Below are positions 49,181 through 61,369 of a stretch of 64,000 nt of DNA, one piece after another. The position numbers and the translations under genes were made by a program. The stretch is taken from positions 298,421-362,420 of the forward strand of contig NW_027192215.1 in assembly GCF_041956535.1 (NCBI RefSeq), in the 5' to 3' direction. The stretch's first letter is position 1; the number at the start of each line of letters is the position of its first letter. This stretch comes from Calcarisporiella thermophila CBS 279.70 (Eukaryota > Fungi > Calcarisporiellomycota). Under the pieces are notes generated by a model. It saw nothing but the letters and a program-made list of their open reading frames with translations. It was not told the origin of the DNA and did no database searches.

Positions 49181-52100
49181 AGGTGGTATCCGCTAGCTTA
49201 TCCAAGCCTTGGAATATATAGTATTGTCTTTTGTGTGTGTGTTTTTCTTTCTGTAAATAGCACATCTTATTATGAGAATCTCCCCTCCTCCTACTGCTAC
49301 GTTATCTTTTTCTTTATTTTTCCTTACAAGCTACTTTGTTGCTTTCTCTTTTATTATTCTTGCGTTTGTATATGTCATTCATTTGCTCCTGGAGCTGTGG
49401 CAAAAAAAAAAGAAAGAGACGGAATTATATTATACTATAGGTATTGGAATTTCTTTTTTTTATTCTCATAATTATATAATATCGTCTACTATTTTTTTTT
49501 CCCCTCCCTTTATTACCTACCCAATGGAAGTTTCCTTCTAAATAGATGCATTTTTTCCCCCCCTTTCCTATCTCTATAAATTCGCTTTCTTTCCCATTAC
49601 TCAAATACTGAATTCCCCCCCCCCCCCCCTTTCTTGTCTGTTTGAAGTCACTCCTTTGAATACAATTGTAGCAAACCGATGTGGCCAAATAAAGTACTAA
49701 GAGTCTGAAAGAACATAACGCGGCGCTGACAATTGATATGCCTATGCAGTCCAGCTTGGTGCTTGATTTCAGGGCTTAATGAGTCGAACATGGCTTGGTT
49801 ATTGCTTTTTTTTTTCGTCTCTTCAGGATAAGAGGCCCCGAAACAAATGGTTCCCCCTTTTCCTCTCCCATCTTTGGGGCGTTAGAAATGTGTTTAGCCA
49901 CCAAGCATGAAAGGCTTTATTAAAAATAGATGACTAAACAACGTCGCCTCGTCAGCCGTCACGTCGTGTCCTCCTTGGGGGTCCGAGGATCCTCACCCTG
50001 GCTTTGAGGAAATGACAAACATGCGCCTCCATTGGCTCTCCTCTTGAGACAAAATGTGGGGGGAATGGGGTTTTCCCGCAACCGACATTGCATGACGAGA
50101 CAAGTGGCTGACCCATGGAGGATGAGAGTCATTGAGGAGTCTGTACGCGGGGCCTCAGGCTGCCATTCACTCGCCAAAGTTTGATCGAGATTGAGGATGA
50201 AGTTCCAAGAGAGAGAGAAGGAGAATGGGAATATCCGATGGCATAATAATTATGGCGTGTGGTAATGGAGGTATCTACACACAAGCGATCCTGGCATTCT
50301 GAGGCGATTACATTGATTGATCTTGTCGAAAAGCTAAAAAGCTCCTAGCCAAAGACGGACTCCAGCGCCAACGATGGCTGTGATTGACAAAGTGGTTGGA
50401 TAGTAATAAATAAAAATGGAGTTAAAGATATGCCGTGAAACCAGAGGTCAGAGCCGCTAGTGTATTTGGGGAAACAGAGTCAAGCTGCCAAAATGAATGA
50501 ATACGATGTTCAACAGGAAAGGCATCCAAGAACCAAATGATCTCGTTTACGCTCGAAAGATTGCAAAACATCCTTTAGAAATACTCGAGATTCACCGCGA
50601 AAGGACGGGCGAGGGCTAGTGCTATTGATGGGTGTTCTCCTCAGGAGGGTGCATTGTATATCCCACTGGATCCGTATGCGCTTGTGTCTTGACTTTTACC
50701 GGATTGTGTGACGATGCAGCTCGCCTCTCTCCCTCTCCCTCTCATCCGTGCCAGTGATCCATTTTCTTTTGTGAACACGGACACGCCCATGGTCAGTAGA
50801 GTTAAAGTCCAACTCTAGGCCATATGATTCATAATACGGCTAACTCTCTGGGGATAGCGGGTAAAATGTAACTCTATGGACGCAATCCTCTTGACTCGTC
50901 GGAGCACATCCATTGCATGAGCCAACATAATCCTAAAGTCTGTGGTATGCTTTGTGGCTCCCAACCACCAAGTGGTGGCTTGCTTGCTTGTAAATCAGCG
51001 GAGAAAGAGTCAAGGATGTTTAATATACCCCAATATGGAATAGCTTACCAGCCATACTTTGTGGTCATTAGGGCAGAAATATCAGATGACGTATGGAAAA
51101 TTGGAAATGAGGCGGGGGGTGGTGATTCCTAAAGATGAAAAAGGATGTGAGAAGACCAGAGGTTTCTCTCATTGGCCCTTTGTAGCTAATCTAAATAAAG
51201 AGTTCCTGGCGGTTGCAATTTTGAATATTACTAATAGAATAGAGTGGATGGTCCGACAAGAGCGCAGGGGCTTGTTTTGGGAGAACCGTGCGGCTGGATC
51301 ACAAACTCTATGCACCTCATGTGCCACAGGCTGGAAGAGAGCAAGGAATGCTCGCCAGGGTCATTGGGAAGCTGTGTTTTATTAGTGGCCTGGGTGGATA
51401 CATACTGTGGAGGTGGTGCAAGTCTAAAGTCTTGGGAGGAGTTGTTTCCCTCGGCACAACCGGTAAATTACAAGATCTGGTTCCCCGTGAGTCCCCCAAA
51501 TTTCCCACCTAATAATTCTATAATTTCGTGCTCGCTGGCTGATGCTTACAAGCTTATTAGGTGGTCGGTAGAAGCAGCCGCAAGCATGAGATCATCAGCA
51601 CCAGTCAAATATTGCGTTAGCTCCATAGATGGCGCCGGCCTAGCTGAAAAATACTAGTTATTTATGCAGCCTCCATAGTGCAATGATACCCTACTAAACA
51701 TGAGAGCATTAACTGGGATCCTTTCAACGTTGCTCAAGGAGCATAACCCGCCCGCTATAAACAAACGCATTTTACAACAGTTAGGGGCAGTGGATAAGTC
51801 GGGATTCCGCAGCAGGCGTTTTCAAAAATGGGTTGGCGTTGGAGCGCCCAGGAGGTTTCCTGAGCTCCAACTCTATTCTAACAATTACTCATCAAACATG
51901 TATGAAAAAGGAATTAAGGACCTTGCCACACATCAAATGCACTAATTATCTGGCACTATTGATCTTCCTAGAGCCATCATCTTACAAATGTCGCTCTTGC
52001 TTTTAACCATACAAGAAACGATCTGACTCAAAAGTATAGTACTCAATCGAAATGCAACTGCAATGTATTAAATTGTTGTCGGTTATAATGCATACGATGT

Positions 52101-53202
52101 GAAAAGAGTTAAAAGCCGTAACTGGATCTAACTCATCTAGATTGCTACCACTGCTGTTCTTTGGGTTACTAGATGATCACAAAGGCATTTCTTGCGTTTG
52201 AATTGTTAAACACCGGGCGGCCAATGTATCAGCCGATCCAATTGCATTTTCACATCGTAGCTCGTTAAACTCTCGGATGATCTCGTGTTATTTTTTTTTA
52301 TTTAACGCGAGATCATCTGCACTAATGCTGATGGATGTTCTCTACTGGCTAATGGCCAACGTTTGTAATACTAAGCTCTAGGCTATTGTATCCTGAGCGT
52401 CATAGAGAAATGAACAAAATACTGTCTTTATGATATATGTCACGAGGTTCTTCGGGAAAAGCAATCTGGTACGGCAATGGATTACAATTGAGTGTTTAGT
52501 GCATCTACAGATTTGTCGGGGTAAAATGGGGTTTGCTGTGCACTTGCAGGTGCAAGCTGAAAGGTTAGAATTAAAGCGATGCCATAACCAATGCTATCCA
52601 ATACAAGTGATTATTGGAGATCTTCTTAAGATTTACCACACCTTGTTTTAATAGCACATAATACACCTCACGAGTCGAACTGAGAACGATTCTGATCCAT
52701 CAGAAGAATAGCTTCTCTCGCTTTTCATATTTAATATTCTCGAGGTCAAGCTCTATCTTTAAAGCACTCTTCCCCCTACAGTGTCCCATTATTTAAAAGC
52801 AACGTAGGGCGAGAATTCCGACTGAGTAGCTTAAAACGGCCCTAAAGCATTGAGAGAGTCGGTATTCGATGCTAGAGTAGACGAGAAAGTATATTTTAGT
52901 CCTACTAGTTAGTGTTGCTATTGCCATGCATTTTGTGATTAACAGGAATAAGCAGTTATGAAAAATGGTAATAAGAGATGACCAGTGAAAACAGGTTTAT
53001 TGCTTACTATTGATATAAATGAAGTCCATCCACTTCATATACGATAAAAATTTGAAGTTTGTGGCTGTGCTCACGTCCTTGTTCCCCGCCGGCTGCTGTC
53101 CACGTATACTTTGTGTCACCCGAAGGTTTTCCTAGTACCCAAGAAATGTAACATATCTGCTCGGAATTATATTGCCTCCAATTTTCTTACTATCAACCCG
53201 TA

Positions 53203-54231
53203 ATGGACCTCAATTCCGCACATTTCCCGGCCCCTGGTATGTGTGAACCATTCACAATGCTTATCTCTCTCACTCTCTATAGCATTTATTATTAACGCAT
53301 TATCGTTCTAGACATAGACAAAAGCCTTATTTCTCACAAGAATGAGACTCATTCTCCTGGGGCGGTGACAACAAGAATTTTGGATGGACATTCAGAAAGT
53401 GTTTACTGCGTTCAATTTGATGAGGAGAAAATAGTAACTGGTTCCAAGGATCAGACCATCAAAATCTGGTGTGCCAAGACTCTACGATGCCTGAGAACGC
53501 TAAGTGGTCACAAAGGGTCTGTAGTGAGTTTACAGTATGATTCGCGTTGGTTGGCAAGTGGGTCAGTCGACTCAACAATAGTACTTTGGAATATGAACAC
53601 CTATTTGCCGGTACGCACGCTGACCAACAACACATCGAGCGTACTAGGTTTGAGCTTGGGTGAAAATATAATTGCGGGCAGCTTCAAGGATTCCACCATT
53701 AAGCTCTGGCAAATCGAAACAGGATTGCTATTGCATACTCTTACGGGCCACATCGGCCCATTATCCGCGTTGAAACTTCATGGAAGTCAAATTGCTTCAG
53801 GGTCTGCCGACCGACTTGTAAAACTTTGGGACGTAGAGACGGGAGTTTGCCTACGCGACTTTTCAGGGCATACGCGAGGCATCTGCTGCCTACAATTCGA
53901 CGGGCGTGTTATTGTTAGTGGAGCAAACGATTGTAGCATTAAGATATGGGATGTGGCGACAGGCGACTGTATTCGTACACTTGAGGGTCATACAGATTTA
54001 GTCAGGTCGATGCATCTCCGAGATGCAATCCTTGTCACGGGGTCCTACGACCGGAGTATTCGAGTCTGGGATTTGACCACAGGCGAATGTTTGTCGCACC
54101 ATCCAGATTGTCACGATGGCTGGGTGTACGGTGTTATATTTACTGAATCGCGCATTGTTAGCGTTGGCCAAGACGGCAAGGTTGTAGTGATGGATTTTGA
54201 AGAGGGCATAGTTCCCCGTGGCAGCGCTTGA
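53203..54231 (+). CDS. 7-blade WD40 protein resembling the beta-TrCP/FWD-1 propeller, no F-box, 317 aa (exons 53203-53236, 53312-54231)
   Basis: VYCVQFDEEKIVTGSKDQTIKIW, GHKGSVVSLQYD, GHTRGICCLQFD and GHTDLVR repeats follow the beta-TrCP repeat pattern. Confidence 0.8.
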
Positions 54232-55633
54232 ATGCTTATTACCTAATTTTTAATGTTGATTGAGCTCTATTCTTCCACTATTTATATTTAAATTATACAT
54301 ATATCCTTGTGTTTCTTTTTTGTATATTGATCGCTGCTTTAGACATTTAACTATTCTCATTGGAAATTTTTACAGATGCAGAAGTACTGTTTCAAGATTG
54401 ACAATGTCTATTTGTAACAGCTCTTTCAAAACAGCTACACTCTATTGATACTAATACTCCTAAAGTAAGACCACTACTTGAGTAATTCACGTGCTGGGCT
54501 TAAGTTTTTATAACTATTTAAATTCAAAAATACGAGATAGAAAAGATCATACCGTGGTCTGTTTTAGAAATTACGCCGCTCCAACCATTTCTTGGTTCCA
54601 TAACTCTTGTTCTCCTGGGGTTTCGATATATAGCCTCTTTTGTCCCTTGTTCAAGTAAATAGGCGGGTAATGAATAGTGAAGCGAGGTAAGCAAATACCT
54701 TTAATTGATCAAGTAGAGCGGGATTTCGTGAATCATTTTGAGCGAACCAAATCAATATATCCAAATATGGTATAATCTACGTCAACCGCACCCTTTTCTC
54801 CAGCAAAGATTCGGAATCATACAACAAAGTGTATATTTCATAGTAACCAGATTTTGCCTGGGTAGCCTTTGATTGGGAAAAATAATTATTTATAAGTTAT
54901 ACACAATATTGGCCATGGACGCAGCCGTCGATTTCAGACTGAAACCTCGAAACGTGTTGTTGTCCAGTGTTTATAGTTAGACCAGCTCCGGTAGAAATAT
55001 GCAAACGGCCCTATATCAATTCTTCCTGACCAATGCATGGTTCTGATGTACGGTTACTTAACAATACCTGCCAATCAACAGACTATAATAAAACCTTCAT
55101 TTTTGTAGCTATTTATAAAGATTGTGACTGCTATAGCAAGGAGTGGTCAGGTTAGGTAGGACATGCGATTGAGGCTTCTAAGAATCGATTCTTTCAGCCA
55201 ATCTAGAGTTCAAAGTCCTGTTTCTCACCACTCGGCTTTCTTATAATTTCTGCAGTCCTGCCATACCTGCATGTTTGCAAAATTTGACAGCAAGGGTGGT
55301 GCTTAACCCAACAAATTCAATTTTTGAAACGCACTGATGCAATCAAAAATACTGATATTGCATTCTGTCTACACGCTATTTTACATTAATGCAACTGGGT
55401 AATCTATGATAATAAAAGAACAGGTGTTGGTTTTCTTAGGTTGCAAAGCGAAAACGATCAATATATAAAGGCCTATTTAAAACGACATACTGTTAAAACA
55501 CACCTCCTAGTGTTGTCCAATATTGTGACTGCGTGTCCGCAGCCCCATGTGAATAAGTAACGCCCCCAACTCCTTTGGATCGCTTACCCAACTCTAAGAA
55601 TCTTCGAATACTACTTCTGGCATTGTCCTCGCA

Positions 55634-56562
55634 ATGGATCTCAATAAAGCACAGCAGCAGATCCCAGGTATTTTACCTTCCAAAATCCCTTCGCTTTATC
55701 AATTTTGTTCCCTATATCGATTATGGAGGTTAATACGAATTTTTGTCCTAGAAATCATCAAAGGCATTCTCACCTACAATGACGAGTTTCATGCCCACAT
55801 TCTCGAAAAATATTTCCGCCCCGATGCCATCTTCTCGAATCCACTTCTCTCCACCCAAGGAGTGGCCAATATCCGCCAGGTGTTCCGCGTGTGGACCATG
55901 GTGAACAAGGATGCACCCTCGTTCAAATCCACTGTATTCGAGTAATTATAAGCATACAGTTGGTTTAGTGCAGGCGTCTTGCTTACCTGTTTACTCTCTC
56001 TTTTCTGCCAATATCGGGCTATAGTGGTACCTCCGCCGTCATCCACAGCCAGCAAAACTTTCGCCCTCGTATCTTCCCTCTATTGCACTTGCACGTCCCC
56101 GCGATCACAACTCTGCGCTTCGAGAAGAACGAAGAGAATGGGCTCTACTACGTGGTCTCGCAGGAAGACAGCTGGACGGTGGACGGGCTCATCCAATCGG
56201 TTCCTCTCGTGCACTGGTGGTACAATGAGGTGTTGAGGGTCATACTAGGACGAGTCATCTCTGCAACCGGAAAGTAAGTAGTAGAAATAGAAAGGGTGAA
56301 GTTCGCCGGGTATTGACTGGTAACATTTTCCCGCCTTAGCTTCCTGTTGTCGGCACAGCACACCGGTCAGCAGGCCTCGACGCGTGCAGCTGAATTACAA
56401 CAGCTGGCACGACAAACGGTGAACGAGCAGTGGGCACAGATCCAGGCGCGTGGCAAAGAGTACACAGAGCTTCTCCAAGAATACTATCGCTCCTCTCAAG
56501 CATCTAGGACTGAGAAGGAGAGCGAAGTCGCCCAGGCTAATGAGAAGACTGGTGGAAATTAA
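55634..56562 (+). CDS. NTF2/SnoaL-like fold fungal protein with helical C-terminus (about 4 exons)
   Basis: LEKYFRPDAIFSNPL...G..NIRQVF...TTLRF...YYVVSQEDSW pattern. GT-AG introns link the ORF pieces. Confidence 0.65.
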
Positions 56563-56882
56563 GCAAGTAATCCAACCGTGGAACGGACACAATTTGTTAC
56601 ACCTTTTTATGTTAATGATTCAGCTGTCTAACGATTGAAATTTTTGTAAATATTCCCTATTTTATTCATATACTCCAGAACTTATATACATTCTCCTTAT
56701 CTAATAAAAAAGCAAACGCATCATATATATCCCTTTACTACCTGTGCTTTTAGAAGTGGTAGCACTATGATGAGAAGGGGAGGGTATTAAAGGAAAAATT
56801 AATAATAACACCACGATAAATAGGTTATGTTCAGAGTAAATCGTATGCAAAACTAAAAATAGATGGAGTGACTACATTTGCG

Positions 56883-59800
56883 CTACTGCTTGCGATCCAT
56901 TAGGAGGTCCTTCATTTGATCCAGGAGCTCCTCGATCCGTTTCAGTCGGTCATCCGATGAGAGTTGTATCGTTTCAAGCCGGTCGATTCTCGCTTCTATA
57001 CTTCGCAAACGCTCGGTCGTGTTGTTGGTGGAAGCCAAGGACCCTTTGTCTTTAGTCTGTTGAACCACCGATGATAGCGGCGCCTCCTTCTGCCATTTCT
57101 GAATGTCCTCTGCATAGGCGTTATAGAATATGAGCTCGGGGAAGAGAGCATCCTTGAGACGCAGATGGGGAGGCAGAAAGTAAAATTCCATCTCGGCAAG
57201 CCAACGGGCGATATCGTTCAAGAGAGAATTTTCTGCCTAAATACAATGGCATCATATTTCCAAAATTAAATATTAAAGAGTTGGACAGCATAGAGAGCAT
57301 TCGAGAAGAACTCGTACCTGTTTGTAGCTCTCCTTATACACGTTATTAAGCAAAGCAATGAGCATGTTTAGAAGGACAACAGTGGTGATCAGATAGAAGA
57401 GATATTTAAGGACCACAGCCAGCACTATACTGTCGAAGGGATCCATCGTATCGTATTGGCCCATTAGAAATTCGTACACGGCACTCAGAGCTGACAACCA
57501 GGTAGCAAAATGGTGCTCTCCTGTTGCAGAGTCCGTTGTTTGGGTGATGGTGCCAGTGATGTCTCCTTGCATAGCCTGGTCGAGGGTGACGATGCTACGA
57601 GTCGGGCTGGGCTCCTCACCTCGGAGCAAGAGGAAAAAGGTCTCGGCAAACGCCGCAATGATAATAAGCATGGTCATGATAAACGGCGTGATCCTAATAA
57701 AGATCTGGAGAATAACCCCGAAGAACACGCCAAAGGGTTGGAATATTCGCAGGTGTAGCATGGCATGCACGCACAATAACAAAATCGCGATTCCTGAAAG
57801 TTTATCATTGGACTTATCGCTCAGTTCCAGCCAGCAGGAACCCAGCACCAGGGAGTAGGCAAATAAACTCAAGAGATTGTAAAAACTGGTGAACCATTTC
57901 CATCTCTCAAAATCCAATTTTCTCAGTTCAAACACCAGAAAAATGGCTGACATGGCCAAGGTGAGAGCGCCAAATACCGACCGCAAATAGGCGTCATTTA
58001 GGGGTAAATGGAGTAGAAGAAGAAAAGAGACCAGATACATCAGCTCCAATGTGAGAAAGATGAAGTAGACTCGCCATCCAAACGCCTGTAGCTTCTGGTT
58101 GACAATGGGGTACATGATGCGCGGGTCTTTCGAGAGATTCACGCGGGTTTGCAGCATCATTGAAACGAATACACTCGCATGTCGAGGGAAAGCCCACTCG
58201 CGCAGCCTGCCTCTGAATGTGGCTATATGCGTCGTTTCGGCCTGTTTCAGAGAAGTGTATGAGCAAAGTCCTGGGAGGGGTAATACGCATATCTGTGCCG
58301 ATCGTGCTTCAGGTTCACCAAGGATAAAGGAAAAATAATTCCGCATTTTCCACGAGGAGAAGAGGTTGGAGCTACGTGAAAGTCTCGTAGCATCGAGAGG
58401 CTTCTCAACCTGACACACCGTTCTGTACCAGTAGTACTGTGGAGCAGCCGATTTATACATTTCCTTGGAGGCAAAATGCTCACCCGCACTATATTCCTCT
58501 GGGCAATACGGCAGGGCGAACGGGGTGTTCGAGCTCGTGCAGAAAAAGGTCAACCCAAAAAGAAATTCCCTCACAACATCAGGGTAATATCGACACAGTT
58601 CAGGGAGCAACCGCAAGAAAAATAGGCAATCGTAGAGATTTTGTTCCCGTTGTATTTGCTGCCCAGCCGCATCGACAACTCGCTTAATGATGCTATAGTT
58701 GGATTGCTCAATAGCTAATGACAACAGAGTTGACCCGCCGTGCGGGTTGCGAAGGGGAAAATTACCTTCTTCTATTAATTCCAAGAGAATGTCGCGGTAT
58801 TCCTCCGACTGGTAGAGGATCTCGATTGTATTTCCGTTGTATATGGTAAGTGGATTATGCTGAACGCAAGTTTTTAGCCACGCACTGAACTCAGAAGGCG
58901 TGCCCGTTACAGCCAACCTATGCGGTGCTCCGTAGGCTTTCATGGAGCTTAAATCAATTGTCTCCACGTTTTCAAGCGTCAATAGATTGATTTCCTTGTA
59001 TTGTTCTTTCCCGGATACTAGAAGACAAGGATGAATATGTTCTATGCGCTCGATTTCACCAAGTAAGTAATAGCCCTTTAAATAGAGGTCAAGTCCGATC
59101 ACCCTGTATACTTGTAGAATATCCTTCATATAAAGGATAACCCATTCTTCATTCACCCACGTGAAACTGTAGCTATCCACCAGCATTTTAAGCCAACTGC
59201 CTTCTTGGCCATTGCGTCTAAGATTTAACCCAGACACGTATATTTCAGCTACTGTATCCGAGTCGGGTGTGACTTTTTTCTCATCTGTACGTGTTACAGG
59301 TTCAAGTCTAATTTCTCTTGGGGTTTGACTATCTCGAAAAATATGCACAAGCAATAATGAATGCACCGGCATGTCAAAACTTAATGCATATGGAGCCGTC
59401 GGGTGGAAGATCATTTGATTGTTTGGAGAACAGAGCCGCTTGGTTATGAGCGAGCCCGAGAGAGCATCGTATATGAAGTAGTAAGCATTCGCTTCTTCTT
59501 TACGTAGAACAATGAAGTACTTGTCAGCAACAGCAAAAATGATGTCGATAAAATCGGTGACATTGAGCTTCAACTCAAATAATAGTTGTGGAGATGGGTT
59601 AGTAAACACTTTGACGGATAGCTTCTCAACTGAACGAGATAAAAATGCAACTATCTTTCCTTGAGGCGAAGGAATTCCCACAGACCAATGTACTCTTGAA
59701 ACATGCTCGGTTTTCGGTCCCATCCACCATTTACAATCGGGAAGGGAAACAATCGCAAACGGGATAAATGGGTTGTGTAATAGAAGTCGAGGGAAGAAAT

Positions 59801-60617
59801 CGATATCCCCTTGTAGCCAGGCTAAATCACAGTTAAATACAAACTGCCTGACCAATTGACTTTTAAGTGGATTGTAGGAGTAAAGTGTGCACTGATTCTT
59901 GTCTCGCGTGATGAGATAGTCTCCGAAGAAATAAATAAAGTCGTAAGATCTGTAGTCGGGGATCTCCACAGCACTGCCTTTGCTATCGAGGATGATGAAC
60001 TCTTTGTCGAAACACTCCATGTTGCTGAGCTGCACCACAAAGAGCGAAATACACTCACCATTATTGGAAATCGATAATACAGACTGAAATATTCTGGTCA
60101 AACTCTCCTCCAAAACGAATTTTGGGTAGCTTCCAATCGTACGTGCAGAATTAAAGCTGTCAAGCTCTGATGAGAGAGAGAATAGCACGAGATTGCCATC
60201 AGACCACAAAGCAACTGCAAATTTACCGTTTTGCGAAAAAACAAATTGATGCAATTTTACTTGTGTGTTGATATTCGTGTTTGCATCGTCTTCAATTTGA
60301 TCAGTTGACACCCGAAAACTACAAGTTGAATCAAGTCGAGGTGAATCTGGATGTGCATGTATCTTATCTTCGCAAATTTTAATATTTATCTCTCCATCAT
60401 CATCGGAATCAGAGGCGAGGATAAATTCTTGCACTTGATTTTTTTCAATTCCCTCTTCATCAGGTTCAGAGGCAAACTCTTTCGTTACTTCATAAGGCGA
60501 ATCGAAAATGGGACTCTCTTCCACTACTGGGTTGGACACATTGTTAGACTGCAAGTGGGATGTGCACATATCGCTTCGAGATGCGAGTTCATCTTTCGAT
60601 GAGGAGGATGTGAGCAT
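56883..60617 (-). CDS. TRP-like cation channel, ~1217 aa (exons 60617-57318, 57236-56883)
   Basis: Six TM segments, LRIFQPFG, pore helix FATWLSALSAVYEFLMG, S6 VVLLNMLIALLNNVY and a C-terminal coiled coil. The N-terminal region is beta-rich with one ankyrin-like segment. Confidence 0.8.
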
Positions 60618-61369
60618 AATTCAGATGCATAGATTTTTCTTGTGGAGAAGTAAAAACAGTTAGAATCGATATGGATAGGTAATTCCGAAGCTTCTCTGGT
60701 CATAAAGGATAATACTTTCTATTAGCCAGAATTGTTTCTGGTGTTCTCGATTAGAAATAGTTATTATATATGAAAGAAATATCTAAATTATCATTTTCGC
60801 ATTCAAATAGCGCGACCCAGGCAGCATCCGGAAATCAAGACAAAACATGTCTACATGACTTAAATTTTAACTGACATTAATTGTGGCTTACACTATTGTG
60901 GCAAAATTGGAAAATGTGTTCCACCCTTTAAGCGATTTTGTATAATACTATTATAGAATAATAAAATATTAACATCTAGACATAAATTTGGCTATTGCTG
61001 AAACTCTGAATTACATTTTCTTTCGCTTGTCGTTGAGCAAATCTTTAATTTTATAACCATTCTCTGGCACACTTTTGCTCAAAAGATGTTTAGATAATAT
61101 TGTCAGTGGCGACAAAAATATTTTAATCCAAAGCTTAGCTCTATGGTTTCTGATTTGACCAAATTTTTTGGCGAATTTTTTCGTAGACGAGACCCATAGT
61201 TCAAAACAGTCCTCATGTTCCTCTCGAGTTGGTATTGTAAAATGAAGCAATTATTAACTAAATATTATTGCGAGCAGATTTTAATAAGCGGAGTTAAGAA
61301 CAAGATTGAAATAAATAATACAAAACATTTCAAGAAATGTTTACAGGGGTCGAGGTCAGTCTATTTTTT

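Noticed and set aside
49300-53150. Short ORFs in the 4-kb gap between the cyclin and the WD40 gene, including a stop-interrupted protein-like stretch near 50115-50350
   Set aside because: No motifs, no coherent splice model and no F-box-like sequence.
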